Shown in pieces: positions 27,861 to 37,590 of a stretch of 52,174 nt of DNA. The position numbers were made by a program, and so were the translations under genes. The stretch comes from Candidatus Coatesbacteria bacterium (GTDB lineage Bacteria > JAFGND01): NCBI GenBank assembly GCA_016927185.1, contig JAFGND010000036.1, forward strand, positions 1 to 52,174, read 5' to 3'. The notes beneath the pieces were generated by a model. It ran no database searches. It was not told the origin of the DNA and worked only from the letters and a program-made list of their open reading frames with translations. Each line of letters opens with the position of its first letter. The stretch's first letter is position 1.

Positions 27861-28794
27861 TATTGCTTGTATCCTCCCTCTCTATTTCAACAAGAATTGA
27901 TGAAGCTATCTTGTTTTCAGGATCAATCTCCAGTATTTTCCGGAATTCTATTGCTGCATCTTCATACATTTCCTGTTCAAGGAGAATAAAACCCATGTTG
28001 AAGTGAGCAGTAATATAGCTTTCATTAATATCAATTGCTTCCTTTATTGCACTCATTGCATTTCCTACCTGACCAAGATTCAGGTTTATTATTCCCATAA
28101 GATTATGAACATCTGCATATTTAGGCTTCTCTTTTATTGCCTTCTCCAGCTCCTTTTTTGCCTCCTCAAGCCTGCCTTGATGATATAGTTTCTGGGCTCT
28201 GTGATAATATATTTGAGCCAGATCTTCATCTTTCTTGAAGATTGTATTCAGCTTATCCCTTGCATTATCTATATCTCCAGATTCCATCAATTTCAAGGCA
28301 TCATTATAAGTAATCCTGTCCTCAGCATTAAGGGATGGTTTCAGGAATTCCAGCTCATTTTTCGCGTTATCAATGCTTCCATTTTCCATCAAGGTTATAC
28401 CATAATTATATCTTGCATTGAAGAAATTGCTGTTTATATCCAGAGCTTTCTTGAAACACTTCAATGCATTCCCCTTATCTCCTTTCATCATGAAGAGCTG
28501 ACCCAGATTATTGTGTATATCTGCAAAATCGGGATTGATTTCAAGTACTTTCCTGTAATTCTGTATTGCTTCATTGTAGGCTTTTTCCTCAGTATTCTGT
28601 TTTGCAAGAGCTATATAAGATTCTGACAGGTAAAATTGAGCTGTCTTGTATGCCTGTTCATGCTCTCTGAAACTTTCTGCCGCTTTTTCAAGATACTCAA
28701 TAGCCTTGTCGAAAGCTCCTCTATTGTAGCAGTCCAGCCCTTTCTGAATATAGTCGTTTTCCATCAATCTGATTAGATTCCTGAGGAAATGCAC
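27853..28794 (-). CDS. TPR-repeat protein
   Basis: Multiple TPRs (NPDFADIHNNLG, PKYADVHNLMG). Confidence 0.9.
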   Translation of the reverse strand: MHFLRNLIRLMENDYIQKGLDCYNRGAFDKAIEYLEKAAESFREHEQAYKTAQFYLSESYIALAKQNTEEKAYNEAIQNYRKVLEINPDFADIHNNLGQLFMMKGDKGNALKCFKKALDINSNFFNARYNYGITLMENGSIDNAKNELEFLKPSLNAEDRITYNDALKLMESGDIDNARDKLNTIFKKDEDLAQIYYHRAQKLYHQGRLEEAKKELEKAIKEKPKYADVHNLMGIINLNLGQVGNAMSAIKEAIDINESYITAHFNMGFILLEQEMYEDAAIEFRKILEIDPENKIASSILVEIEREDTSNNA

Positions 28795-28821
28795 CCTCAA
28801 CCTCCTTAAATGATTACTATT

Positions 28822-28968
28822 TTAACGTATGGTTATAATGCCACGAGAAATAAGATAATACAAGATTCCTACAGCAGCGAGCATCAGTATAAGCCATTTT
28901 GTACTGCGGAATCCCGACCTTCCTCTTATTTCCTTTTTCCGTTCATTCCACCTTGTTTGTAAATCCAT
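28822..28968 (-). CDS. 48-aa single-TM protein (below the ORF-track cutoff)
   Basis: MDLQTRWNERKKEIRGRSGFRSTKWLILMLAAVGILYYLISRGIITIR fills the gap between co-oriented genes. Confidence 0.6.
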   Translation of the reverse strand: MDLQTRWNERKKEIRGRSGFRSTKWLILMLAAVGILYYLISRGIITIR

Positions 28969-28974
28969 GTTTTT

Positions 28975-29400
28975 CTAGAAAACCTTTGTCACTTTCTTGC
29001 CAGCCAGTTCCTTTGGATCATATACATGTTCGAAATCTAAATCATATTCATATACTATAAAATTCAATGGTCTTGTATATTTCAATGTTCCCTTTATAAG
29101 ACCTTTTTCATTTTTTGATAACACAAGTTCTCCATCTTTCAGGTTTATTTCTTCAAACTTGGCTTGCTTCAATATGTTAGCTTTAACAGTTTCCTCTGTT
29201 GGTCTGTTTCTTGCGCTGCCATCCCATGTATTGAATTTCCCGATTTCACGGTCCATTGTTTCAGACAAACTGTAATGCGCGTAATATGGGCCTCCAACTG
29301 TCATGACCAGAAAAACAATAATTGCTACGATAATAACGAAAATCAATAGCTTGACTTTTGCATCTCCCTTGTTCCAGTATAAAGAATTTCTGTAGTACAT
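28975..29400 (-). CDS. Hypothetical membrane-anchored protein, pilin-like/DUF4845-like N terminus
   Basis: NKG followed by a long hydrophobic helix; RBS AAGGAGG. Confidence 0.6.
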   Translation of the reverse strand: MYYRNSLYWNKGDAKVKLLIFVIIVAIIVFLVMTVGGPYYAHYSLSETMDREIGKFNTWDGSARNRPTEETVKANILKQAKFEEINLKDGELVLSKNEKGLIKGTLKYTRPLNFIVYEYDLDFEHVYDPKELAGKKVTKVF

Positions 29401-29414
29401 AAATCCTCCTTAAC

Positions 29415-30503
29415 TCAATTAGACAATAAAAGCAGTTTCGAAAGCTTTTTTATTTTGTCAATATTAATCTTTACAAAGTATATTCCATTCTGAATTTTCC
29501 TGTTTTCAGCTCTCAAGTTCAACAGAACTGGAATTCTGCCATTCATTTTCAAGACAAGATTTCCATTTATATCATATATACAAATTTCCGCTTTCTTGCC
29601 TTTAAGTTTTTCATTCTCTATTATTATTTTTCCGAATGAGGGATTAGGATTTATTTTTATAACATCTTCTTTTTCTATAACACCATTTATTGATTCATTG
29701 AAACCATTTCCACTATCCCCAGCTAACCATCTTACTATATTGACTGCCAATCTGGCATCATCATATTTGCTCCAGCCATCATAAAGCTCATTCCCTGAAT
29801 TGCCAGTTCCATCATCGAAAGGACTGCTGTCACCAATTGCAGCTATTCTGCCTGAACCATAAGTGCTTGTCAGGACAGCTTCCTTGTTATGAGATGAATC
29901 TATCCAGATATGTGCTTTTGCAGATGAATACGGTGTTAAAGTGCATGCAGACCATTCACCAATTGAATTCACTCCCTCAGTAATAGGTGTTCTTGGATCT
30001 ATTATATAAGAAATAGGTTCCATAGTGAAATTGGTGGATTTGGAAGAGGAGTTTGAGCCGTTATCAAATTCAATATTGAAATACTCTGGTGTCCAATAAT
30101 TGAATATTTCGGGAGAGTCATATCCATCATTATTTCTGTCACTGCCTTTGTGATTGCCTATCAGGAATACTCCTCCTCCCTTATTAACGAATTTGGTTAC
30201 TGCAGATATCTCATTTTCAGTGAATCTTATCTGAGGTTCGGGAATTACGAATACACTTATCCCATTCAAGGAAGATTCAGTTATCGTTGTTCCTTTCAAT
30301 GTCCTGGTTTCATAACCAATATTTCTCAAGGCTTCTCCGAAATCACTGTAAGCTCCTCTATAATCAGGGCTTTCACCTATAGTCCAGTCTGCGTTTCCTG
30401 CTAATTCATCCTTTGTCAGGTCGAATAAAACAACTTTTGAAAGGAGCAGATCTGGCAAGGAAAGCAAAGCAAAAAAAACAAGCAATAAATAAAAACTTTT
30501 CAT
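29415..30503 (-). CDS. Secreted GATase-like/DUF4350-like protein with T9SS type-A sorting domain
   Basis: Signal peptide; AGNADW, IPEP, GRIAAIGDSSPFDDG; tail NPNP...IYDINGNLV...NGIYFVKI. Confidence 0.75.
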   Translation of the reverse strand: MKSFYLLLVFFALLSLPDLLLSKVVLFDLTKDELAGNADWTIGESPDYRGAYSDFGEALRNIGYETRTLKGTTITESSLNGISVFVIPEPQIRFTENEISAVTKFVNKGGGVFLIGNHKGSDRNNDGYDSPEIFNYWTPEYFNIEFDNGSNSSSKSTNFTMEPISYIIDPRTPITEGVNSIGEWSACTLTPYSSAKAHIWIDSSHNKEAVLTSTYGSGRIAAIGDSSPFDDGTGNSGNELYDGWSKYDDARLAVNIVRWLAGDSGNGFNESINGVIEKEDVIKINPNPSFGKIIIENEKLKGKKAEICIYDINGNLVLKMNGRIPVLLNLRAENRKIQNGIYFVKINIDKIKKLSKLLLLSN

Positions 30504-31015
30504 TTAAACTCCTTTGGTCTGAAAAACAGAAGATTCTGCTCACCATATCTTCTTTTTTCAATTATTTCCCAATTGGAATGATTGGGTATTCTTGTTTTAT
30601 GAAATTGTTGCAATATGAAAAGAGTATAAGATGCTTTCCAGAAAGAATTATCAATAGCTGCAAGTATTTCATCACCGCTCTCTTTTTCGAATGGTGGATC
30701 CGCGAAAATTATGTCTGCTGGCGAGAATTTCGAATACTCCTTTCTGCTTAAGAACTTGAAAGCATCCATACACAGTATTATGCATTGACTATTCTCCGAA
30801 AGTGCCTTCTTGATTTCAGATATAAGCTTGAAATTGCTTTCAACAAAGAAAACTGTTTTTGCATTATTGGAAAGAGCCAGCTTTCCAACTCTTCCACTTC
30901 CTGCAAACAAGTCCAGAACACATTTATCATTAAAATCAAGCAGATTATTCAGAACCTGTATCAGAAATGATGAAGTCGGTCTGAAACCTTTATCATTTTT
31001 ATTCTTTTGAGGCAA
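30500..31015 (-). CDS. rsmD: RsmD-family rRNA methyltransferase
   Basis: RPT, LDLFAGSG, IFADPPF, RRYG. Confidence 0.85.
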   Translation of the reverse strand: MPQKNKNDKGFRPTSSFLIQVLNNLLDFNDKCVLDLFAGSGRVGKLALSNNAKTVFFVESNFKLISEIKKALSENSQCIILCMDAFKFLSRKEYSKFSPADIIFADPPFEKESGDEILAAIDNSFWKASYTLFILQQFHKTRIPNHSNWEIIEKRRYGEQNLLFFRPKEFK

Positions 31016-31460
31016 TAATAAAACCCTCCAGTAGTATTGATGCTGAAATATCATCTTTTTTTCCTGTTTTTTTTCCTGCTTCTATAAGCCTGTTTTCAGC
31101 AATCTTTGAGGTAAACATCTCATTGTAAAAAAGTATTGGAATCTCAGTTCTGATACTCAATCTAGCAGCAAAATCCTCTATTCTGAAGATATTCTTGTTA
31201 GATTTGCCATCCGTCCTGTGAGGCATTCCAATAAGAACAAGTTTTATGTCTTTTTCTTCAATGATTTTCATTATTTCATCCATTGTGTTTTTCTCTTCTT
31301 CATTATTTATTATGCTTAAGGGAATTACAATCTTTCTTCTGGCATCAGAAAAAGCAAGTCCCAACCTGACAGTTCCCCAATCTATTGCAAGAATAGATCC
31401 CTCTTCAGGGATTTCAGTAGCATTTTTAATAAATTCTCCCAGAAGCATTTTATATTTCAA
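30999..31460 (-). CDS. yqgF: YqgF/RuvX family nuclease
   Basis: LAIDWG..RLGLAFSD, IGMP, EMFTS, DDISASILLE. Confidence 0.92.
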   Translation of the reverse strand: MKYKMLLGEFIKNATEIPEEGSILAIDWGTVRLGLAFSDARRKIVIPLSIINNEEEKNTMDEIMKIIEEKDIKLVLIGMPHRTDGKSNKNIFRIEDFAARLSIRTEIPILFYNEMFTSKIAENRLIEAGKKTGKKDDISASILLEGFIIASKE

Positions 31461-33144
31461 ACTTAAATGTTATCCAATAACTTGCTGAATGTGTTTCTTT
31501 GTCAATAACTCTTATTTTAAATGGATTGAAGCTTTTAAGCATTTTCCAGTTCTGCAAAGACAAAGGTCCGAATACCCGCATGAAATTGTCTGCCGGGAAA
31601 ATCCCATTCAGTTTCTTATGTTTCTCCCCGATATCATATTCCACGATTATTCTTCCGCTTCCTCCTGTCCATTTCAAGCTGACAACACTTTTCTGCTTGT
31701 CATAATATAAGATATCTTTATCAGCAGGTGACATTATTTGTATTTTCCCATCTTCAATAGCCTGGATTTTTTCCTCTTTTTCAGGCTTGATGCTTTTCGA
31801 AAAAGCTTCCTTGCTCCAGCTGTTGAAAATAGATTTAAGTTCGTTTAATTTTGCAGTACTTGTTTCTGACAAGTCATTTTTTTCCATTTTATCCTTGTTA
31901 AGATCATATAGACACCAGGAGACATTATTCCCAGAAACTCTTTTAATAATTTTCCATCCCTGATAAATCAATACCTGGATTATTACAGATGATTCTTTTT
32001 CTTCAGCTCTGTAACCACCTACAGTAGTTTCGCAAACGATATGACCTTTTCTTTTCTCTCCGCAAATAACAGGGAGTAATGATTCTCCCATTATTGAAGA
32101 AGGCAGTTCTATACCAGCCAAATCAAGAATTGTTGGCATTATGTCAAGCGTGCTTACTAATTCGTTAATTTCTGCCTTTTTCTTGAAAAAAGATGGAGCA
32201 TATATTATTAGAGGGATTTTTATGACTTCTTCATAAACCTGACCAGACAAGGATGTTGATGCGTGACCAATCCATCCATGCTCGAAAAGCTCCTCTCCAT
32301 GATCGGTACTGATTATCAGGATTACATTATTCCTGAAAGGCTCAGTCTGTAGAATTTCCCAGAGAGGCTTAATGAGTGAGAAATCTATCTGGTGCAATGC
32401 TCCATTATAATTTGCTTCTATTATCTGTTTTTCTAAATCTCCGAAAATATAAGTTCCCTTGTCTATGATAGCTTGCTCCTTAAGGAATTTTAGGTTTTCT
32501 TTCGTCAAGGAATCAGGTTCGGTTTCCGGAAGAAATTGCTTTAAATATTCGTCAGCAGAATTATATGGCAGATGAAGAGTACGATTGTGATAAAAAAGAA
32601 AAGTAGCTCTTGGATTTTTTTTGTATTCTTCAAGCATTTCCAGTAATGCAGTATCTCCATGAGCTATATAGATTTCCCTTCCCATGAAAGATTCCAGTCC
32701 AATATTTCCAAACATTGGATCACTTGTCAGATAGCAAATATCTGGAACATGATAACCATCTTTTTTAAGTATATCAGGCAAGGTAAGAACATGTCTGGAA
32801 AGACACCATCCTCTTGTCCAGACACCATGTGAAGTAGAAGGAAGCCCTGTCAATATTGATATCAGGCTTGGAATAGTCCATGCACAAGCAGTATATGAAT
32901 TCCTGAATACTATTCCATTATCTATGAATCTGTCAAGAAATGGAGTTGTTTTTTTCTTGTAGCCTAATCCGCTTATATTGCTTGATCTGAAGCTATCTAT
33001 TGTTAGAAGAATGACAAGAGGATTTTCCAGATTGACTCTGGATATTTCATATTTTCTGGGAAGAGAAGATGCTTTATTTGAACAGCAGAAAATAAAAAGT
33101 ATCAAGGCATATGATATTACGTTTCCAATTTTTTTTGCAGTCAT
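31450..33144 (-). CDS. Sulfatase-like hydrolase/transferase, probable lipoprotein
   Basis: LLTIDSFR, TPFLD, WTIPS..SILTG, HLPY, TDHGEE, LYDL..D..E. Confidence 0.88.
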   Translation of the reverse strand: MTAKKIGNVISYALILFIFCCSNKASSLPRKYEISRVNLENPLVILLTIDSFRSSNISGLGYKKKTTPFLDRFIDNGIVFRNSYTACAWTIPSLISILTGLPSTSHGVWTRGWCLSRHVLTLPDILKKDGYHVPDICYLTSDPMFGNIGLESFMGREIYIAHGDTALLEMLEEYKKNPRATFLFYHNRTLHLPYNSADEYLKQFLPETEPDSLTKENLKFLKEQAIIDKGTYIFGDLEKQIIEANYNGALHQIDFSLIKPLWEILQTEPFRNNVILIISTDHGEELFEHGWIGHASTSLSGQVYEEVIKIPLIIYAPSFFKKKAEINELVSTLDIMPTILDLAGIELPSSIMGESLLPVICGEKRKGHIVCETTVGGYRAEEKESSVIIQVLIYQGWKIIKRVSGNNVSWCLYDLNKDKMEKNDLSETSTAKLNELKSIFNSWSKEAFSKSIKPEKEEKIQAIEDGKIQIMSPADKDILYYDKQKSVVSLKWTGGSGRIIVEYDIGEKHKKLNGIFPADNFMRVFGPLSLQNWKMLKSFNPFKIRVIDKETHSASYWITFKFEI

Positions 33145-33174
33145 ATCTATATAATCTTGCTTGAGATCAGTTTT

Positions 33175-33909
33175 CTAGCTGGACTTAGGCTTGTTTGCAG
33201 AGAAAAGACTGTTAAATGCTTTTGCAACTATATCCCATGCATTTTTCTTGTCAGTTTCACCAAGATCATTTAGCAGTTTTCTTGCAGGCTCGAAAGTATT
33301 GTCCCATTTGAGAGCATCAAACAAGCTTTTCTTGGCAAATGAAATTGCCTTCCCGTCAATATATACTTTTGCAAGTGCAAAATGAAATTCTGGATGGAAT
33401 TCTTCTATGCTGATTGCTTTCTGTATCATCTCCTTGGCTTTAGGTCTGTTCCCGTCAGCAAGATAAGCCAATCCCAAATCGCACCAATACATTGGATTCA
33501 TGTTATGCTTTTCAGTACTGAATTCAAGGAATCTTATTGCACTTCTTATAAGCAATTTCCTTTTCTCCTTGCTATCATCATTTTTTGTTTCCATTGTTTC
33601 TGCTTCTTCAAGGGATTGCTTTGCCTTTCTCTGAAAAACCCTTGCAAGATCAGAATCAGACAGAGATTGGATTTTCTCCCACAGCTTCTTGTCAGCATCA
33701 TAAACTTCCCTTTTAGCAGGATCCTTAAGGCAGTTGTAACTCTCAGTCACTTCATTGAAATCATAAATAAGCTGATTTCTTTCTTCTTCGGTTGGCTGCT
33801 TGTCAGGATGATACTGTTTGGCAAGATCCATGTAACGTTTCTTGATTTCTTCCTGTGAAGCAGTGGGTTCTATCCCCAGAATTTTATAGTAATCTTTGAT
33901 TTTCTCCAT
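33175..33909 (-). CDS. J-domain + TPR protein (second paralog)
   Basis: DYYKILG, YHPDK, LKDPAKREVYD, then TPRs. Confidence 0.9.
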   Translation of the reverse strand: MEKIKDYYKILGIEPTASQEEIKKRYMDLAKQYHPDKQPTEEERNQLIYDFNEVTESYNCLKDPAKREVYDADKKLWEKIQSLSDSDLARVFQRKAKQSLEEAETMETKNDDSKEKRKLLIRSAIRFLEFSTEKHNMNPMYWCDLGLAYLADGNRPKAKEMIQKAISIEEFHPEFHFALAKVYIDGKAISFAKKSLFDALKWDNTFEPARKLLNDLGETDKKNAWDIVAKAFNSLFSANKPKSS

Positions 33910-34092
33910 ATGCTCGTATTCGAATTTTTAAGACTAATGGTCAAGAGGAAATTGAAGAAGACATGAATTAATTGTAATCAAGCAGTCATAAATATGATGA
34001 AGAACTGACTAATTTTTTCAGAAAACAACTTTCCTCTTGCAAATATTCAGGTGGATTCATGCATAAAGACAGTTAATATGAAAGGAGCAAAA

Positions 34093-35049
34093 ATGAAGCT
34101 TGGAAAATTGTTTGAGAACTTAATAAAATCGGGGATTGAGGAAGATCCAAGAGGGAAAGAAGGGATAAAAAGAATTCTCAAGGAAAGAAAGAAGATATAT
34201 AATGAGCTTAGTGATGAAGACAAGAAATTCTATGATATTGAAAGCCTTTCCAACCCATATTATGATAGCAGGCTTCAATATGGAGATACTGATAGCGAAA
34301 TAAGAAGCATAATGGCAGGAATAGATTGCGAAGCTCCTGAACTTCTCCTTGCAGACAGACTCAGGGAAAAAGGAAAGAGAATTGATTTCGTCCTTTCACA
34401 TCACCCTAAAAGGTATTTTGGCTTCGAGAATGAACTTAAGATACAGATAGATCTTTTGCATGATGCAGGAATACCAATAAATATCGCAGAAGGGATATTC
34501 ATCCCCAGAATAAAGGAACTGGAAAGAGCTCTTGCCCCTGGAAATGATACAAGATCCCTTGATACTGCAAGACTCCTTGATATTCCTTTTGGCAGCACTC
34601 ATACGGTTGCAGATAATCACGTACATCAATTTCTCAAGAAAAAATTCGAGAAAAACAAGCCATGCAAAGTGAAAGATGTGATTGACCTCCTCCTTGAAGA
34701 ACCTGAATATCAGGATGCGAAAAAGAAAGGCAATGGCTTGAAGATTTTTGCCGGAGACAGGGAAAGATTTGCAGGTGAAATATATTTATACATGACAGGA
34801 GGAACAAGCGGTCCAAAGGAGGAACTGGAGTGGCTTGCTAAAAGAAGTAATATAGGGACAATAGTTGCAATGCATATAACTGATGAAAGACGCAAGCTTG
34901 CCGAACAAAATCATATTAATGTTGTAATAGCAGGACATATGGCTTCAGACAGCCTCGGAATGAATCTTCTTCTGGATAAGATACTTCGGATGGATAAAAA
35001 AATGGAGATCATCCCAGTTTCCGGATATTTCTGGCATTCCAGGTTATAG
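34093..35049 (+). CDS. NIF3-like (NGG1p-interacting factor) family protein
   Basis: DPRG, NPY.DSR, SHHP, HTVADN, MTGGT, IAGHMASDSLGMN. Confidence 0.88.
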   Translation: MKLGKLFENLIKSGIEEDPRGKEGIKRILKERKKIYNELSDEDKKFYDIESLSNPYYDSRLQYGDTDSEIRSIMAGIDCEAPELLLADRLREKGKRIDFVLSHHPKRYFGFENELKIQIDLLHDAGIPINIAEGIFIPRIKELERALAPGNDTRSLDTARLLDIPFGSTHTVADNHVHQFLKKKFEKNKPCKVKDVIDLLLEEPEYQDAKKKGNGLKIFAGDRERFAGEIYLYMTGGTSGPKEELEWLAKRSNIGTIVAMHITDERRKLAEQNHINVVIAGHMASDSLGMNLLLDKILRMDKKMEIIPVSGYFWHSRL

Positions 35050-35058
35050 ATTAGTGAT

Positions 35059-35934
35059 GTGAAGAAGTCAATTCCGGTAATTGCTTTTTTTCTGCTTGTT
35101 CTGCTGAATAGCTGCTTCGAAAATAATCCTGAAGATGTTGCCAATGAATTTACATCCTATCTTAAGAAAGGGCAGTTCAAAAAGGCAGAAAGGATGCTTT
35201 CCTCAGAAGAAATCCAGAATATAAAAGAGTATTACAGGATATGCAAGGAAATTGAAAAAGTTCATCCAGATCTTGTATCAATGCTGGAATTGAAATCCCC
35301 ACTTGAAAAATACTGCAAGGATTGGATCAACAAGGATTTCAGGAATGATAAATGCTCGGTAAATGATAATTACGCTTATGTAAGCCTTGTTGACGATTCA
35401 GAAAAGGAATTCGAGAAAATAATTCTCAAGCGGGAAGGGAATATCTGGCATATAAATCTGTCTATTTATGAGGAAGCAGCAAGTGAACTCAAGGATTATT
35501 CGGAAATCTGGCAAACAACGAAGAGATTTGCAGATTGTTTGAAAGAAGGAAATCTGGATAAGGCATTTGAGTATTTCCTTCCATCTGACAGGATATTGAT
35601 AAAAAAACTTGAAAATTTGCTTAAGAAATATCCTGATCCTCCTGAAGAATCAGAGGCACTTCAGGCATGGGAAAGCATACAAATAGAAAAGCATTTTAAA
35701 GAGCTATACAAGGATTCAGAGATTGTCATAGAGAAACCAATAATACAGGATGATTTTGCTTACGTTTCCCTGAAAGTAACGAAAAACAAAATTACCAGAA
35801 GCTCTTCATTCAAGATGATGAAAATTGAAGATAAATGGATATATGCTTTTGCATATCCTCAAGGGCTTGATGAATTAGTGGAAACAATACTCAAGCGAAA
35901 GATCAGCGCTTCAGATGAGGAAGGAGAGCCTTAA
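35059..35934 (+). CDS. Hypothetical lipoprotein with two NTF2/DUF4878-like repeats
   Basis: Lipobox LLNSC; internal duplication (AYVSL...LKREGNIW / AYVSL...MMKIEDKW). Confidence 0.7.
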   Translation: MKKSIPVIAFFLLVLLNSCFENNPEDVANEFTSYLKKGQFKKAERMLSSEEIQNIKEYYRICKEIEKVHPDLVSMLELKSPLEKYCKDWINKDFRNDKCSVNDNYAYVSLVDDSEKEFEKIILKREGNIWHINLSIYEEAASELKDYSEIWQTTKRFADCLKEGNLDKAFEYFLPSDRILIKKLENLLKKYPDPPEESEALQAWESIQIEKHFKELYKDSEIVIEKPIIQDDFAYVSLKVTKNKITRSSSFKMMKIEDKWIYAFAYPQGLDELVETILKRKISASDEEGEP

Positions 35935-36922
35935 CAAATTCCTGTGAAATCTCTGAATTCTCTGGCACAAGCATGTTTTCGTCAGTATTCTTCAAAACCT
36001 CGAGCCTGGAGTTGGGGAATATCCTTGCAAAAACAGGCTCATTTTCCTTCTTCAATTCTATGCATATTAATGAAACTGGACTTTTAATTTTCCTCAGCAC
36101 ATTGGGATAATCATTTGTCCAGTTGGAAGCTTCAAACCACCAATCCTTTCCGAAAGACATTAATATAAGATCTTCCTTTCTCTGTTTTATTGACAGGAAA
36201 TCCCTCATGAATTTGTCTTTATTATATTTCAAGGTGGCAATATTTGTTTCAAAAACCTGTTTCTGATCACTAATTGCTGTCTTATTCATGAGAGCAGTCT
36301 GTTCTTCAATTCTCTTATCAATTTCTGCTGATACCTGTTTCTCGATGGGATTGGGATCAAAATTGAATAAAATCAATCCTGCAAGATTCTCGTTTTCTGC
36401 AGCAAGCCTTATAGCAAACTGACCTCCAAGTCTGTGTCCAAGTATATAGATATTTTCTGGATCAATATTCTTGCTTTTTTTTATCTCCTCGAATACTGCC
36501 TTGGCATCTTCATAGTTCCTGCTGAATGATACATTTGAATACATTCCGCCTTTTTTCTGCAGAATAAATGGTCTTGAGTCATATGTTGCTACTGCAATTC
36601 CTGACTTGTTAAGCTCAATTGTCAAGTCCCTGTAGGATTTTGCCACAAGTCCTTCCACGCTTAATGTATTATCCTTGTCTTTTGGAGGCTTGTCTGGAAT
36701 TATGAAAAGAACAGGGCATGGATTCTTCAAGTTTTCAGGGATTGCAAGTCTTGCGCTTATCTCCAGATCTCCTGCCTTAACCTTGAATTCTCCAGGCAAT
36801 TCCTTCTTTGCTACAATTTCCTTTTTATCCTCTATCTTCTCCACTTTCTTGGGCTGTCCTGAATCCTTCTTTTTGCAGCCAGCAATTAGCAGACTTATTA
36901 GCAAGATCACCAATATCTTCAT
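35903..36922 (-). CDS. Alpha/beta-hydrolase-fold lipoprotein lacking the catalytic Ser
   Basis: Lipobox LIAGC; GIAVATYDSR, IDPENIYILGHRLGG. Confidence 0.8.
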   Translation of the reverse strand: MKILVILLISLLIAGCKKKDSGQPKKVEKIEDKKEIVAKKELPGEFKVKAGDLEISARLAIPENLKNPCPVLFIIPDKPPKDKDNTLSVEGLVAKSYRDLTIELNKSGIAVATYDSRPFILQKKGGMYSNVSFSRNYEDAKAVFEEIKKSKNIDPENIYILGHRLGGQFAIRLAAENENLAGLILFNFDPNPIEKQVSAEIDKRIEEQTALMNKTAISDQKQVFETNIATLKYNKDKFMRDFLSIKQRKEDLILMSFGKDWWFEASNWTNDYPNVLRKIKSPVSLICIELKKENEPVFARIFPNSRLEVLKNTDENMLVPENSEISQEFVKALLPHLKR

Positions 36923-37257
36923 AAATATACCTCCTTGAAATCTGATTTATCATATATTACCAATAATCGTCAAGAAAAAAATTCCTGTTATATCCAGATA
37001 TCTTATGCGAAAGCTGTTTTCTGATAAAGCTATTACGCATGATGAAAAAAGAAATGCAATTTCAAATCATCAGTTTATACATGTTCCCCATTTCATTAAC
37101 TGCATAAGTCCTTTAAATCATCATTATAATACATGTATCATATATGATTACATTCCCTTACAAATCAATATATTATTGATTGATTTTATTTTTCCTTGAC
37201 AAATTTAGTAAAAATCATTATTTTCTCTGAAAAATGTTTCAAAATCAGGAGGTATAA

Positions 37258-37584
37258 ATGAGTGGAAATTTAGTAGAAGTATCAGACGGAAACCTGAAAA
37301 CCCTTATTTCGCAGAATACTTCACTTATTGTTGATTGCTGGGCTCCATGGTGCGGACCATGTCATATGCTTTCTCCAATATTTGAAGAATTGTCTCAGGA
37401 ATTTACCAACATAAAATTCGGTAAACTTAATGTAGATGAAAATGAAGGAGCTTCCAGCGAATACGGAATAATGAGTATCCCAACAATGCTGGTTTTCAAG
37501 AATGGCCAGCTGGTAGATAAATGGATTGGAGCTCTGCCCAAACCACTTTTAAAAGACAAAATTAATGAAGTATTAGGAAAGTAA
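37258..37584 (+). CDS. trxA: Thioredoxin
   Basis: WAPWCGPC, KLNVDEN, SIPT; TTGACA at 37196 and RBS AGGAGG. Confidence 0.97.
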   Translation: MSGNLVEVSDGNLKTLISQNTSLIVDCWAPWCGPCHMLSPIFEELSQEFTNIKFGKLNVDENEGASSEYGIMSIPTMLVFKNGQLVDKWIGALPKPLLKDKINEVLGK

Positions 37585-37590
37585 TATCAA

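Noticed and set aside
37005..37199. 64-aa ORF between the hydrolase gene and trxA
   Set aside because: AT-rich divergent promoter region, no RBS, no recognisable features
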